From: the human T2T-CHM13v2.0 reference genome, Homo sapiens
Strand: one strand, 5' to 3'
NCBI RefSeq assembly: GCF_009914755.1
Contig: NC_060942.1
Length of the DNA: 64,000 nt
The position numbers were made by a program, and so were the translations under genes. Under the pieces are notes generated by a model, which was given only the letters and a program-made list of their open reading frames with translations, made no database searches and was not told the origin of the DNA. Each line of letters begins with the position of its first letter. The stretch's first letter is position 1. This document shows, one piece after another, positions 14,189 to 27,670 of the stretch.

Positions 14189-14549
14189 TGATATGGTTTG
14201 GCTGTGTCCCTACCCAAATCTCATCTTGAATTGTAGCTCCCATAATTCCCACATGTGTGGGAGGGACCTGGTGGGAGATAATTGAATCATGGGGGCGGTT
14301 TCCCTTATACTGTTCTCCTGGTAGTGAATAAGTCTCACAAGATCTGATGGTTTCATAAGGGGTTTCCCCTTTCGCTTGGCTCTCATTCTCTCTTGCCTGC
14401 TGCCATGTAAGATGTGACTTTCACCTTCCACCATGACTGTGAGGCCTCCCTGGCCACATGGAACTGTGAGTCCATTAAACCTCTTTTTCTTTATAAATCA
14501 CCCAGTCTTGGGTATTTCTTTACCAGCAGCATGAGAACGGACTAATAGA
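14189..14549 (+). mobile_element. THE1 (THE1C-like) MaLR solo LTR
   Basis: tgatatggtttggctgtgtccc...ggactaataga; 5-bp TSD ctatg/ccatg. Confidence 0.93.
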
Positions 14550-15089
14550 CCATGCTTCTTTTGTGATTCCTCAAAACTTCAAGAACAGGCTCCCTCAGAG
14601 TTTTGCTCTTGTTGGAATGCTTTTCCCATGAATATCAGCCAGACTTATTCTTCCAGTGGAAGGAGGCCTCTACTCAAATGTTACTTGATTATAAAGCCTT
14701 CTTTGACCACCTTATATAAAATAGTAGTGTTTTCACACTACTGCAATTTCCCTGGCCCTGCTTTGTTTTCTTTATCCACTTGTCATCACCTAGCATTTTA
14801 CTCATTCATGTATTTGTTTATGATCTGTCTCTCTCCATCTGAAACTAAATTCCATGAGAACATGGAATTTGTATTACTCATGGAAAGCATGCCCAGGATC
14901 TAGCAGGACCTCGATTAATATCTTTTGAATCAATAAAGAGTGAATTATTTAGTAGTTAATTTTTTTGTTGATTTTAACAGGACATGAATTAAAGAGAACG
15001 CTGAAAGCATCAGGACTCCCTAATCAAGATAATTTTAAATAAAACTATAAAGCAAAGCTATATATTATACTTTATGCCACCTTAATATA

Positions 15090-15635
15090 CAGATAAAGGA
15101 GTCTGACTCAACAGTATTGAGCCCAAGTCTGATCCATTCTCTGGACCCAACTGCCAGTTTGTAGGAAATTCTGAGGACAGTGGAACATGTTGAACTGTAC
15201 CAAGAGTCTCCTCTCAGCAGCAGACAGACCACGGGAGACTCTCTATAGGTCAAACACCTAAGAGTTTTCAGCAGATAAATTATAAAGACAAGAAGAGGCT
15301 GAAAGGAGAACTTATAGATAAAAAGAGACATATTAAGTTTAAAAATAGGCAAGATAAAGCTAATTTAGAGATCCACACTTGGGTGATAAACTATAAAGCA
15401 ACACATGGAGGTGATTACTATGAAAGTCAGAAAAGACAGTACATGTGGCAGAAGGGAAGGGCTGAGTTAGGACACAGTCCATGGATGGACTTCTGGGGTG
15501 GGTAGTTTCATTTTTTTGACCTGGGTGGTAAGTCAGGAGAACTTGCCTTACACTGAGAAACTAAGCTATGTATTGTGCATGTATATATGTGTGTGTTCGT
15601 ACGTATAAAAAAATGAAATGTATTTTACAGCAAAG
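15090..15635 (+). mobile_element. Ancient L1M (L1ME4/L1MC-like) 3' UTR
   Basis: ggaacatgttgaac, ttatagataaaaagagac and ttttttgacctgggtggt motifs of old L1M 3' ends. Confidence 0.55.
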
Positions 15636-15944
15636 TGAGGAAACAAAAAGCTTGGCGCCAAAGTAGAGGGTCTATACTTTAAAATTTCAACTTTTTCTCC
15701 TGTGCTGTTTGCTCCATGTTTACTGTCTAGTGCCTGTGTCCTGTTATCTACCATGAATGCACTGAACAATGCATTTGATGAATTCTGGAACTTAATCCCT
15801 CTGCCTCACTAATTCTACCCATCCTCATCTCTCTTTCACTTTCTACTTTCCCACTGAATTCCAGAATCAGTCTGTATGCTCAGTGCCTTGTCACCTGCTG
15901 CTTATGTAGCCCTAAGAAAATCACTTTCTAATTTCCTTATTAGG

Positions 15945-16040
15945 AAGAAAAGAGGGGAGGGAAGGGAAGAGGAGGGAAGGGAAGGGAAGGGAAGGGGAAA
16001 ATGAGGAGAGAAGTAAGAGGAAGGAGAGAAGAAAGAAACA
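15945..16040. repeat. Purine-rich (GGGAA)n low-complexity tract
   Basis: Direct reading. Confidence 0.85.
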
Positions 16041-16799
16041 AAAAATAATTTATTTATATTGTGTATTTGCCCATAGCTCTACCTTGAGTGAAAGAGAGAA
16101 TGAGTTGGGTGTCAATGAAGATTCTGTTTATTCATTTATTTTCCAAACGCAGGAAACATTGGTCCTCAAACAGCTTTAAGGATAATTAAAGCAATGATGA
16201 AATATATTGATTGATTCCAAATTTCCTCAAAGGAGTGATTGCATTTTGGACTTTGAGAAATTCCAAAGGAGATTGCAAGAGAAGAGAATCTTGATCCTGG
16301 ACTGTGTCAGGCATGGTTTTTTTTTTTTTCTTCTTCTCCTTTCTTACTGTTATTAAAATTGCAGCTATGGATACACACAGACAGGAAGAATGTGCCCAGT
16401 GCTTAATAATATTTAAAAAAAGACCCCCACCATGTCACTGCACATCAGTGGACATGTTACAATGTTCTATAGACACTCAATCAATAGTTTAAAAAGAAAA
16501 CAATCAATATATGAACACTACAGAAGCCCACAGCCAGAGTACCTTATGGAAATGTTGGCAGTTTCTCTAATGGTGCAAAGTGATGGGACTGGTATTTTTT
16601 TGCTTCTTTGGGAACTGCAATGGAATAATTTAATTTAATATGGTCATGATCTCAAGAACACAGAGAAAAGAATTAATTTTTCCTCCTGGGGAACTACAGC
16701 TCTGGTAGCTCCTTTGGCTCATTTCCCTGCCCTGAGGTACATGATGGGTTGCATCCCCAAAACTGGCAGCCTCTATGTGGCTAGGCAGCAAAAACCCTC

Positions 16800-17292
16800 T
16801 CATGAAGGGCAGGTGAGCCCCAAAACAGGGGCTTAGACCAAGGGGGTTCTTGGTTTCTCCCAGGAAAGAGTTCAAGGATAAGCTGGTGGCGTTCACAATT
16901 TTTATTGGAGCAGCAGTAAGGAGCAGCAGCAGAGACACTTCTCCTTGTGGAGCAGAGCTACACCATAGGCAGTGTGCCCAGAATAGCAGTTCAGAGGCAG
17001 TTCTGCTGTCTTATTTATACTCACTTTTAATTACCTGCAAATTAGGGGGTGGTTTATGCATAAATTTCTAGGAAGAGTCATAACTTCCAGGTCATGGGGT
17101 CACTGCCATGGAAAAGGGTGGTAACTTCTGGGAGTTGCCGTAGCAGTGGCAAACTCACATGGCACACTGGTGGGCATGTCTTATGAAAAGCTGCTTCTGC
17201 CAGCATTGTTTTAGCTGGTCCTCAATTTGCCCTGGTGTCTGAGCCCCACCTCCAGAGGAGAGTCCTGCTTTGGTTCTTTGGTTTCTACCTCA
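16800..17292 (-). mobile_element. MER66-like ERV1 solo LTR
   Basis: Antisense of tgaggtag...gaccagctaaaac...ccatggca repeats...tataaata...aataaa...cctgccc. Confidence 0.8.
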
Positions 17293-17329
17293 CCGTGTCC
17301 TCTGTATGATAGGAGCAGAAACTAATATT

Positions 17330-17980
17330 GATCATGTGTACTAAGAATTCTAGGCACTGAGCTAAGGCCTCAGATTTACTGTCCCACCATACTCTGCAGG
17401 AGACTCTACCATAACTATCATAATTAGATAAAGACACATCGGTTTAGAGGGTTTAGGAGACTGCCCTCAGCCAGAAAGAGAGGAGATGGAGTTTTCAATC
17501 CAGTAGAGCATTTCAAAGCCAATGCTTTCAAAAGCAAACGCCTCACTATTTATAGTTCTACCAAAATTGCATATTATTCCTCAGGTCATCAAACATCACA
17601 GGGTGAAATCTTAAAATATTAGCCTTGTGATAACACTGAAGGGGGCAAGATGAAGGAGAAATTCCATAACATCTTGTATTGGAAACCTGGAGTTCAAGTC
17701 GAAGCATACACATTCACGGGCTCTGTGATCTAAAACAAGTTTCTTATTCTCTCTGGGCCACAGTTTCCTTATCTGTAAAAGAGACACTTATCTTATACCT
17801 TTTAGCTAAAAAGGTGGAATAACAAATGTGAAAGCTTATAATACACTCTTAAGGGTCATCTGAATATAAGTTGTTGTCTATGAAAAGGAAACTGAGGCCT
17901 AGAAATATTAACTGGCTTGCCTAGAGCCACAGCACTGGTTAGATGGTTAAGGCCTGAGCTGAAAAGTCAAATCTCTTGGC
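17330..17980. mobile_element. Cluster of MIR fragments in both orientations
   Basis: cagtttccttatctgtaaaa (+, ~17761) and aaggaaactgaggcctaga (-, ~17885). Confidence 0.6.
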
Positions 17981-19958
17981 ACATATTTATAAACTTTCAC
18001 TCAACAAGCATCCAAAACTAAATTGAATTAATACCTATTAGTCTTGGGGCCATTATAGGTAAAATAGTAATTTTTAACACTGTGCTTGGCACACTGTAGT
18101 TAATCAATAAAAGTAAGGTATTATAATAATTATTATTACCTTCTCTTAGCATTGTTCAAAATAAAAAATCAGATAAGAAATATAAAAATATTATTTAAAT
18201 AATAATATGCTCTACTAATAGTATCAGGCAAAGTTAGGAGATTGTGTTCAGTATCTTCTTCAAATTTAACAACTTCTAACTTAATCACATATATTGAGTC
18301 CAGAATTGTTTGGCCATGATACTATCAGAAAGATAACAATTAATTCTTTCTGCAAGGGAAATTACCTTCCAGTCCAACCCAATTTTTAATTTGAATTGTC
18401 TCATAACCCCAATCAATGCAGACTTCCAATCTCTCTTTTTCCTCAGTAGCCAGTGTAGGTTTAAAAGGCTTTAAAGGAAATTCAACTATTTCCACCTGTG
18501 TTTGTTGTAACTGTAATCATCTCTCTCTCTATTTGGGACTCAGAGAGAGGGTGCAATGCCAGTAATCCTTTGGTTTGCAACCTAAACTATGTGCTTCTTC
18601 AATGCGTCCTTGAGCTAGAGGCCATTTCTAGGGGTGAAGTGAATGAATCATTCCATAAGGACATCTACTCACACCCTACCTGCTTCAATTGCCCTCAGTT
18701 TTGTACAGCTGAAGCTGGGTCATATTTAAATAATACCTGGGTAGGTACAGGTATGGATGTGTGGTAGAAAATGGGCAGGAAAATAGGAATTAGCAGTACA
18801 ATTAGGGTAAAGGCCGTTCTCATTATTTTAGATGCGAGTATTGACAAGGGCAGAGCTACAATGCACCATTAGTCCTTTTAAAGGACTTGCCACATCCTCA
18901 TGAAGTTCTCGATGGTAATTTGATATCCTTATCTCTGGCTCCTGGTATAGACCCCACAACTGCAGACCAGGGTTCAATTGTGTCTTGGCAGCTCACCTCT
19001 CTCTGCTGCCCCTTGCCGCACCTGAGCTCCAAATAGCTGCTGAACTTCTTATGAATCAGAAACACGTGGGTCCAAATCAACTGGCCCGACTCCTCTCTCT
19101 ATAGCAGGAGATGTGTTTTCTCTGTTTAGCCTGCACAAAACAAAAGCCAATATTGGTCCCATGGCTCCTCCGTAGTCAGGAGATGGCGACACAGCTGGGT
19201 GAAGCCAATGACAGCCTCTCCTTAGAGCTGAGGGGTTTTTCAACTTGTTTTCTTTTTTAATTTGTCGACCTACGCTGTCTCCCTGCGTTTTGAAAAGGAC
19301 ATAAGAAGTCTGAGCCCAGGAGCTTCCCACCAGTAGTGCCTGCCAGGAACTGAAAGGACCAATTAGCAGGGTCCCCTATCCGGGATTTCTCCTCCTCTGG
19401 CTGACTTGCTGGGGACTCATAAATTACCCATGCTGAGGCAGACGCCAAGACCCTGGGCACTTGCTCACAGCTCTTCAGACACCACAAGCTGAACAGGAGC
19501 TTCCCTGTGAGAGGGCCTGTGGGACTTTCACTAAATTTGCCTCAGTGGGAAATCAGTGGTTAACTAGGTCATAGGCAGCTGATGAAATCTCTAAAGGGCG
19601 TGAGTATGCTAGGGACTAGCTTTCTTTAGAAAAGTTTGTTCTTTCGTCAAGGAGGGAGGGTTGCAAGAAGCTATAAAAGGGGCCAATGCTTTAAGAAAGA
19701 GAAGGGAGGGAAGACAGGAGGGAAGGGGGTGAGGGAAGAATACAGGAAGGGAAATTCTACATTTTAGTTGCTTCCCAAAATAAACAGAGATATTTGGGTG
19801 ACTTGAGATATTAGGACCTGATATTCATAATAAAGTCTGAATGAGCAAGAATTTGGATGTGTAAGTTTACAAGCAACCACCTTATATGTCATTTCCTTTC
19901 ATTGTGATGGACATAAACTGGGACAGAGTTGGACATAGGTCCTCTTGTTAAGAATTAT

Positions 19959-19959
<1 letters not shown>

Positions 19960-20010
<51 letters not shown>
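19960..20010. repeat. Compound (AC)n(AT)n microsatellite
   Basis: Direct reading. Confidence 0.95.
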
Positions 20011-20149
20011 TTTAAACACCAAACTGTTGTATTGGTCTGTTTCCTCAAGTAAAAGATTGAACTAATTTTTTTCCCAACATCCTTTGTGTTCTCACTAATA
20101 AAATATTAGTTTTCTTCGGATATGTACCTCAAACTTAATTTATTTAAAA

Positions 20150-21315
20150 GCAACCTTCCCATCCTCTCCTTCACTCACTACCCTGTGGGTCAGTCCCTGA
20201 CCTAGGGGCATTGAGGACTTCTCCTTCCCATTCTATCCAGTCATGAGCCACATTCTGCCAAATCCATGCCTATAATGTCCCGCATGCTTGTACTCTGAAT
20301 GCTTGTGGCCAGACCCTCATTTCCACTGGCTGGGATGGCTCAGACTGTCATAATTGACATTCCTGCTACTGGCTTACCTCCTTTTCTGTCCTTGCTACAC
20401 ACTACTGTCATAGGTCTCATTCTAAAATACCCTCAGAAAACTAACAACAAATATGGAATATAATCATTAATCGCCAATTAGTCATTCAGGGCCTTCTACA
20501 CCTAGACCAGCTTTCCCACCTTGTCTGGATTTCTCCCTTCACCCCATAAACTGCCCACTTCAGCCACAGTGGGCGTACAGTACACTGCATTTCTCTAGTT
20601 CATGCTCTGCCACTCCCTGCATTGCCTTTCCTACTATCTTTACTTCTCTCATGCAGGCATCTAAAATAGATGATTTTAGATTTGCACCAAGGCAAATGTG
20701 ACCTCTTGTGTCTCACCTCTTCCCTCCACTGCTGAAGCACCATATCCCCAAGAGAAATTTCCTGAACGCTCAAATTCAAAATATCCCTTTCCAACCCTTT
20801 CAACGTTTTAGTTGTAACCATGCTATAGACCTGTTCTGTCTGGTACAGTAGCCGCTAATCACAGGTTGCTACTGAGCTCTTTTAATGTGGCTAGTCCATA
20901 TTGAAATGTGCTACAAGGGTAAAATGCAGACTGGATTGTTATGACTTAATATTTAAAAAATTAAAATATCATATTAACCATTTTTTATTGATTACATATT
21001 AAAATGATAATATTTTGGACAATAATTTGAATTTATTTGTCAAAATAAATATATTATTGGAATCAGTCTCACTTGTTTCTTTTTACCCTTCTAATGTGAC
21101 TGCTAGAACATTTAAATTTAAAATTACATATGTGGCTGAAGTATGTTTCCAATGGACAAAGCTGCTATAGAACATTTTACATGTCATCTTACATTAATGT
21201 GTTGGTCTCCCTCCCCAGCAGATTGTAAACCACAGGAGGGCAAGAAGCAGGTTATTCTCTTTCATCCACAGTAGTTGCATATGTAGGGAACTCAATAGAA
21301 ATTATTTGAATGAAA
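20150..21315 (+). mobile_element. L2 fragment interrupted by MER33
   Basis: Pyrimidine-rich L2-like body; 3' end agattgtaaaccacaggagggcaag...gaactcaatagaaattatttgaatgaa. Confidence 0.55.
20831..21164. mobile_element. MER33 (hAT-Charlie MITE)
   Basis: ~330 bp with aatgtggctagt...ttgattacat...tggacaaagctg; 8-bp TSD ctatagac/ctatagaa. Confidence 0.85.
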
Positions 21316-21333
21316 TTCCAGATATAGGTAGGG

Positions 21334-22039
<706 letters not shown>

Positions 22040-22069
22040 TGGGGCCTTTGCCTTTTTAAAACATTTGGT

Positions 22070-22470
22070 CTTTAATAAGTTTGCTTGTTATTTGTCATTT
22101 CTTTTCTGTTGGTTTCTCTCTATTGGATTTTTTTTTGGTCCTTTTTTGTTTATTTGCAAAAGTCATTTATATATTCTAGATACACATTTTACATACATAA
22201 GTTACAAACATCTCCTCTCTGTTTATGAATTGCCTTTTATTCTCTTGTTAAAAGAGAGTTTGTTATGGACAAGAAATTTAAGTTTAATGCAATTGAATCT
22301 GTTGACTTTTCTTTTATAATTTAGCATTTTGAGTGCTATTTAGAAAATACGTTATACCTATCCTGAGTCATAAAAAGATTTGTCTTTATTTTCTTCTAAA
22401 ATGTTTAAAATTTGACTATCAGATTTAATTTATTGATCTATCCTAAACTAATTTTTGAGATGGTGTGTTC
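22070..22470 (-). mobile_element. Old L1ME fragment
   Basis: ttatatattctagatac...ttttcttctaaaatgttta...aactaatttttgagatggtgtg antisense ORF2-end motifs. Confidence 0.6.
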
Positions 22471-23719
22471 TTTTTTTTTTTAATTTAGTATTGCTATGCC
22501 ACCTCTATAATCTCAAATTTAGTGTTATATTTCTAGTAGATAAGAGTAGACTTCACTTACCTAGGAACTGCTATGAGGGCAAAGTAGAACTGTTTGGATA
22601 GTTCTTTTTGACAAGTAAAAATACAGAGGCTCAGCTTCTACTTGGAGAGAAGATTTAACAACTCCAGGATCAACCCAATGGATTTTAGATTTGCACAAAG
22701 GCAAATGTGACCTCTTGTGTCTCCACCTCTTACATCCAGGCTGCAAGCAACCTTAAACCCTTCTCATACAATTTCAAGAATCTTAATGGTGATAGGTTCC
22801 TTGTTGCCTGTTACCATTATTTCTCAACTGTGTTTTCACTGCTGCTAGGGACTTCTACAAGATAACGAAAGATAGAGGCAAAGAGAGAAAAATAACCTTT
22901 CATATATGTGAGACAAGGCAAAAAACTTTGTGGAGCTGGTAGATGGGCATATTTTGTGGGTAGAAGATACAGAAACAATTAACACCTTACATGTTTTCTA
23001 GAAGTTTAACAAAAAGAATGCTTTCAAAAGTAGAAAATTATATTTTAAATATAAAAAAATGGATAAATATAAAATACAAAAATATAAACTATAGATATAT
23101 CAATCATTATTCTAAAACTAAAATTATCCTGTTTACATTTATTATGTATTTATATATTATTAATATATTATGGGTATTTTTCCATGCCACAAAATATTCT
23201 TTGCACATAAATTATTAAAGATTGTTCCATTCTATGAATGTTCCAACTCTCTTTTTGATTGGGTTTTTTTTTTTTTGCCTCTCAGAGTTTTAGTCATTGT
23301 AAGTAACACTAAAAGTATATGTATATTTTAAACAGATTTTGGTTATATCATAGTATTTCCTTGGAACAACTTCTGTAAGTGGAGTGATTGGATTAAAGGA
23401 AATGTATATTATAAAATCTTTGATACATGCAAGCTAGAGTAAATATATAGACTAATTTTAGTAAAAAAGCACTTTTTTGCATTTTATTCTTGTTCCAGAA
23501 TGATGAACTCAACATATTTTCTGTCATATGGCAGAGATTGAAAGATTATATCTTCCTTCCTTTACTGTATGAATTGCTAATGATTTGGGATCTGTGTTCC
23601 AAGGAATAGTGAACTCTATTGCAAAAGAATGAAAAGAGAACAGGATTTAAGGAGAAGGCCAAAGAAATCAACAGTACTTGAGAGGGAAAGAGAAAAATAT
23701 CAAATAAAAAACAATTCCA

Positions 23720-24011
23720 GGCTGGGGCATGGTGGCTTATGCCTGTAACACCAAGTCTTTCGGAGGCCAAGGCAGCAGTATCTCTTGAAGCTAGGAGTTT
23801 GAGACCAGCCAGTGCAACAAAGCAATAAAGCGGGACCCTATCTCTACAATAAAACATACCAAATAAACAAATTAATCAGGTGTTGTGGGAGACCTGTATT
23901 CCCAGCTATTCGGAAGACTGAGCCCAGAGGATCCTTTGAGCCCAGGAGTTCAGAGGCTTCAGTGAGCTATGATTGTACCACTGCTCTTCAGCCTGGGTGA
24001 CAGAGTAAGAC
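23720..24011 (+). mobile_element. AluJ lacking a normal poly(A) tail
   Basis: tttgagcccaggagttcagaggcttcagtgagctatgattg (J-type); ends at gacagagtaagac, followed by a GA-rich tract. Confidence 0.9.
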
Positions 24012-24135
24012 AAGGGAGTGGGGGAGGGAAAGGAGGAAGGAAAGAAGGAAAGAAGGAAGGAAGGAAGGAAGAGAGGGAAGGAGGGAGGGATGATGTGGGA
24101 GGGGGGAGGAAGTGGGAGGGAGGGAGGGAAGAAAC
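24012..24135. repeat. (GGAA)n/(GGGA)n purine-rich tract
   Basis: Direct reading. Confidence 0.9.
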
Positions 24136-24499
24136 AAAGCTATAGGATAGTGGGATGAAAGGTGGTAGGATGATGGGACAATAAATCAGAGATTTTAAAT
24201 ACAAAAGGGTGAGGGGATTTCTTAAGCATTTACTCTTTTTTAAGAGCACAGGACTCAAGTAAAATTAAAGACTTTAAGAAGAAAGGACTTTTCTAAAACA
24301 AAATGATCAGAGAACGGTGGGATAAGTGAATAGGAGAACAAATACGTTCCCTGAGAGAATGGACACTGATCCTCATCATCCCTAATTTGAGGCAGAGCCC
24401 ACAGGAGCTGTAGTGATGACCCCCTGGAGCAAAGAGTTGCTAGATCATCTTGGGCACACTGTCCCAGCAGTACAGGATGTGTCTTCTGACTTTGCCCAC

Positions 24500-24867
24500 T
24501 GATGCAGTTTGGCTGTGTCCCCACCCAAATCTCAACTTGAATTGTAGCTCCCACAATTTCCACGTGCGGTGGGAGAGACTCAGTGGGAGGTAATCGAATC
24601 ATAGGGGCGGGTCTTTCTTGTTCTGTTCTTTTGGTGGTGAATAAGTCTCATGGGTTCTGATGGTTTTATAAGGGGGTGTTTCGTTGCACAAGCTCTCTCT
24701 TTGCCTGCTGCCATCCATGTAAGATGTGATTTCCTCCTCCTTGCCTTCTGCCATGATTGTGAGACCTCCCAAGCCATGTCGAACTATGAGTCCATTAAAT
24801 CTCTTTCTGTATAAATTACCCAGTCTCAGGTATGTCTTTATTAGCAGTGTGGAAATAGACTAATACA
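24500..24867 (+). mobile_element. THE1B-like MaLR solo LTR
   Basis: tgatgcagtttggctgtgtccccacccaaatctc...gactaataca; TSD cccac/cctac. Confidence 0.93.
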
Positions 24868-24949
24868 CCTACAGTCATCTCCTTCTGCAACAGAAGTGAG
24901 CAAGAGGAAAGCCTGCCTTGCCACAAGACTTGCTGGTTCTTTCTGAATT

Positions 24950-25330
24950 TGTAGACCTCACAAAGCCTAACTTCTAGTTAAACAGACAGACTTCCAAGTA
25001 TACAGGCTAACAACTAGACATACAAGTAAATGAGCAGAATATGGTCAGGAGCAAATAATTAGGACAGCACAGTAGAAAGTAAGAAGGGTGCCTACTTTAG
25101 ATAGACTAAAGATCAGCTAGGGAGAGACTATCAAAGGAGGTGATGTTTAGGCTGAAGTCTTAGGGATGAGCAGAGGTGAATCAGGTGGAGAACAGCATTC
25201 CAGGTAACTGATGTACACTGAAGCCCCCAGGAGGGTAGAAACAGCCCAGCATTTGATGGAGGAGCAGGTGAGTGCAGGGCACTGAGTAAGCAAGATGGCT
25301 AAGACCTGAGGCATGAGGATGAGTTTAGTT
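24950..25330 (-). mobile_element. L2 fragment
   Basis: aggaggtgatgtttaggctga...gagaacagcattccagg antisense L2 motifs. Confidence 0.6.
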
Positions 25331-25363
25331 CATATGTCTAAGTGTACAAGAAGTGGTCAAATA

Positions 25364-26899
<1,536 letters not shown>

Positions 26900-27670
26900 G
26901 TGATTGCATTTTTAAATGAAAGTATTATATAATTTGTAGTTACCTTCTAATGATGTTTCCAGCTGCCTGGGTCAGGGACAAATTGCAGGGTGACAAAGAT
27001 AGAAGTGGAAGGTTCTAGGAGAAGAGAGATAATGGTTGCTTGAATAACAATTATATCTTCATGTTTGCATCATGTTGTTTTAATGTTCTACCTTTTTATG
27101 ACTTTAATGCCTAATGTCTGAGCCTCTCACTATTCTTTTTCAAAAATATTGGATATTTTTAGTTATTTTATTTCGGGAATAAATTTAATAATTACTTTAT
27201 TACAGTTCATACCGCCTAATGGCCATTGAGATTTTGAGCAGAATTACATTAAATTTTTAAATTACTGTACAGATAATTCCCGTATGTATAATACTAAAAT
27301 GAGTTTTTTCAACCATTAGGAATAGATATCTTCATTTACTAATTTTTAAAATCATGTCTCCCAGCAATTTTTGGTAGTTTATCATTGACATCCTAGACAA
27401 AATTATTTTTTTTTGCATTTATTTCCAGGTATTTTATATTTTAAGCAATTCTTACAAATTACATTTTCTCTTTATATTTTCTAATACTATAACTTGGTAT
27501 AAAGAAAACATACAGATTTTTTGTATGTTGTTATTTTTAATGTTTTTCAAATTACTTTTATTGGATTTTCCAAATGTATAATCACATCATTTATCAATAT
27601 TTACAAATTTCTCTCTAATTTTCCATTTTATCTTATTTTTCATCTTTCAACTTTTATTGCATTCTTATTT

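Larger units (their letters stand above)
13537..14945 (+). mobile_element. L2 3' region, interrupted by two LTRs
   Basis: ggaatgcttttccc...ctcaaatgttac...tctgtctctctcc...aaattccatgagaac...tgaatcaataaa resembles the L2a 3' end; split at 13595-14167 and 14189-14549. Confidence 0.7.

Noticed and set aside
16740-16799. Possible ERV internal sequence or primer-binding site next to the MER66-like LTR
   Set aside because: No TGG-initiated PBS adjacent to the LTR end; treated as a solo LTR with a decayed TSD
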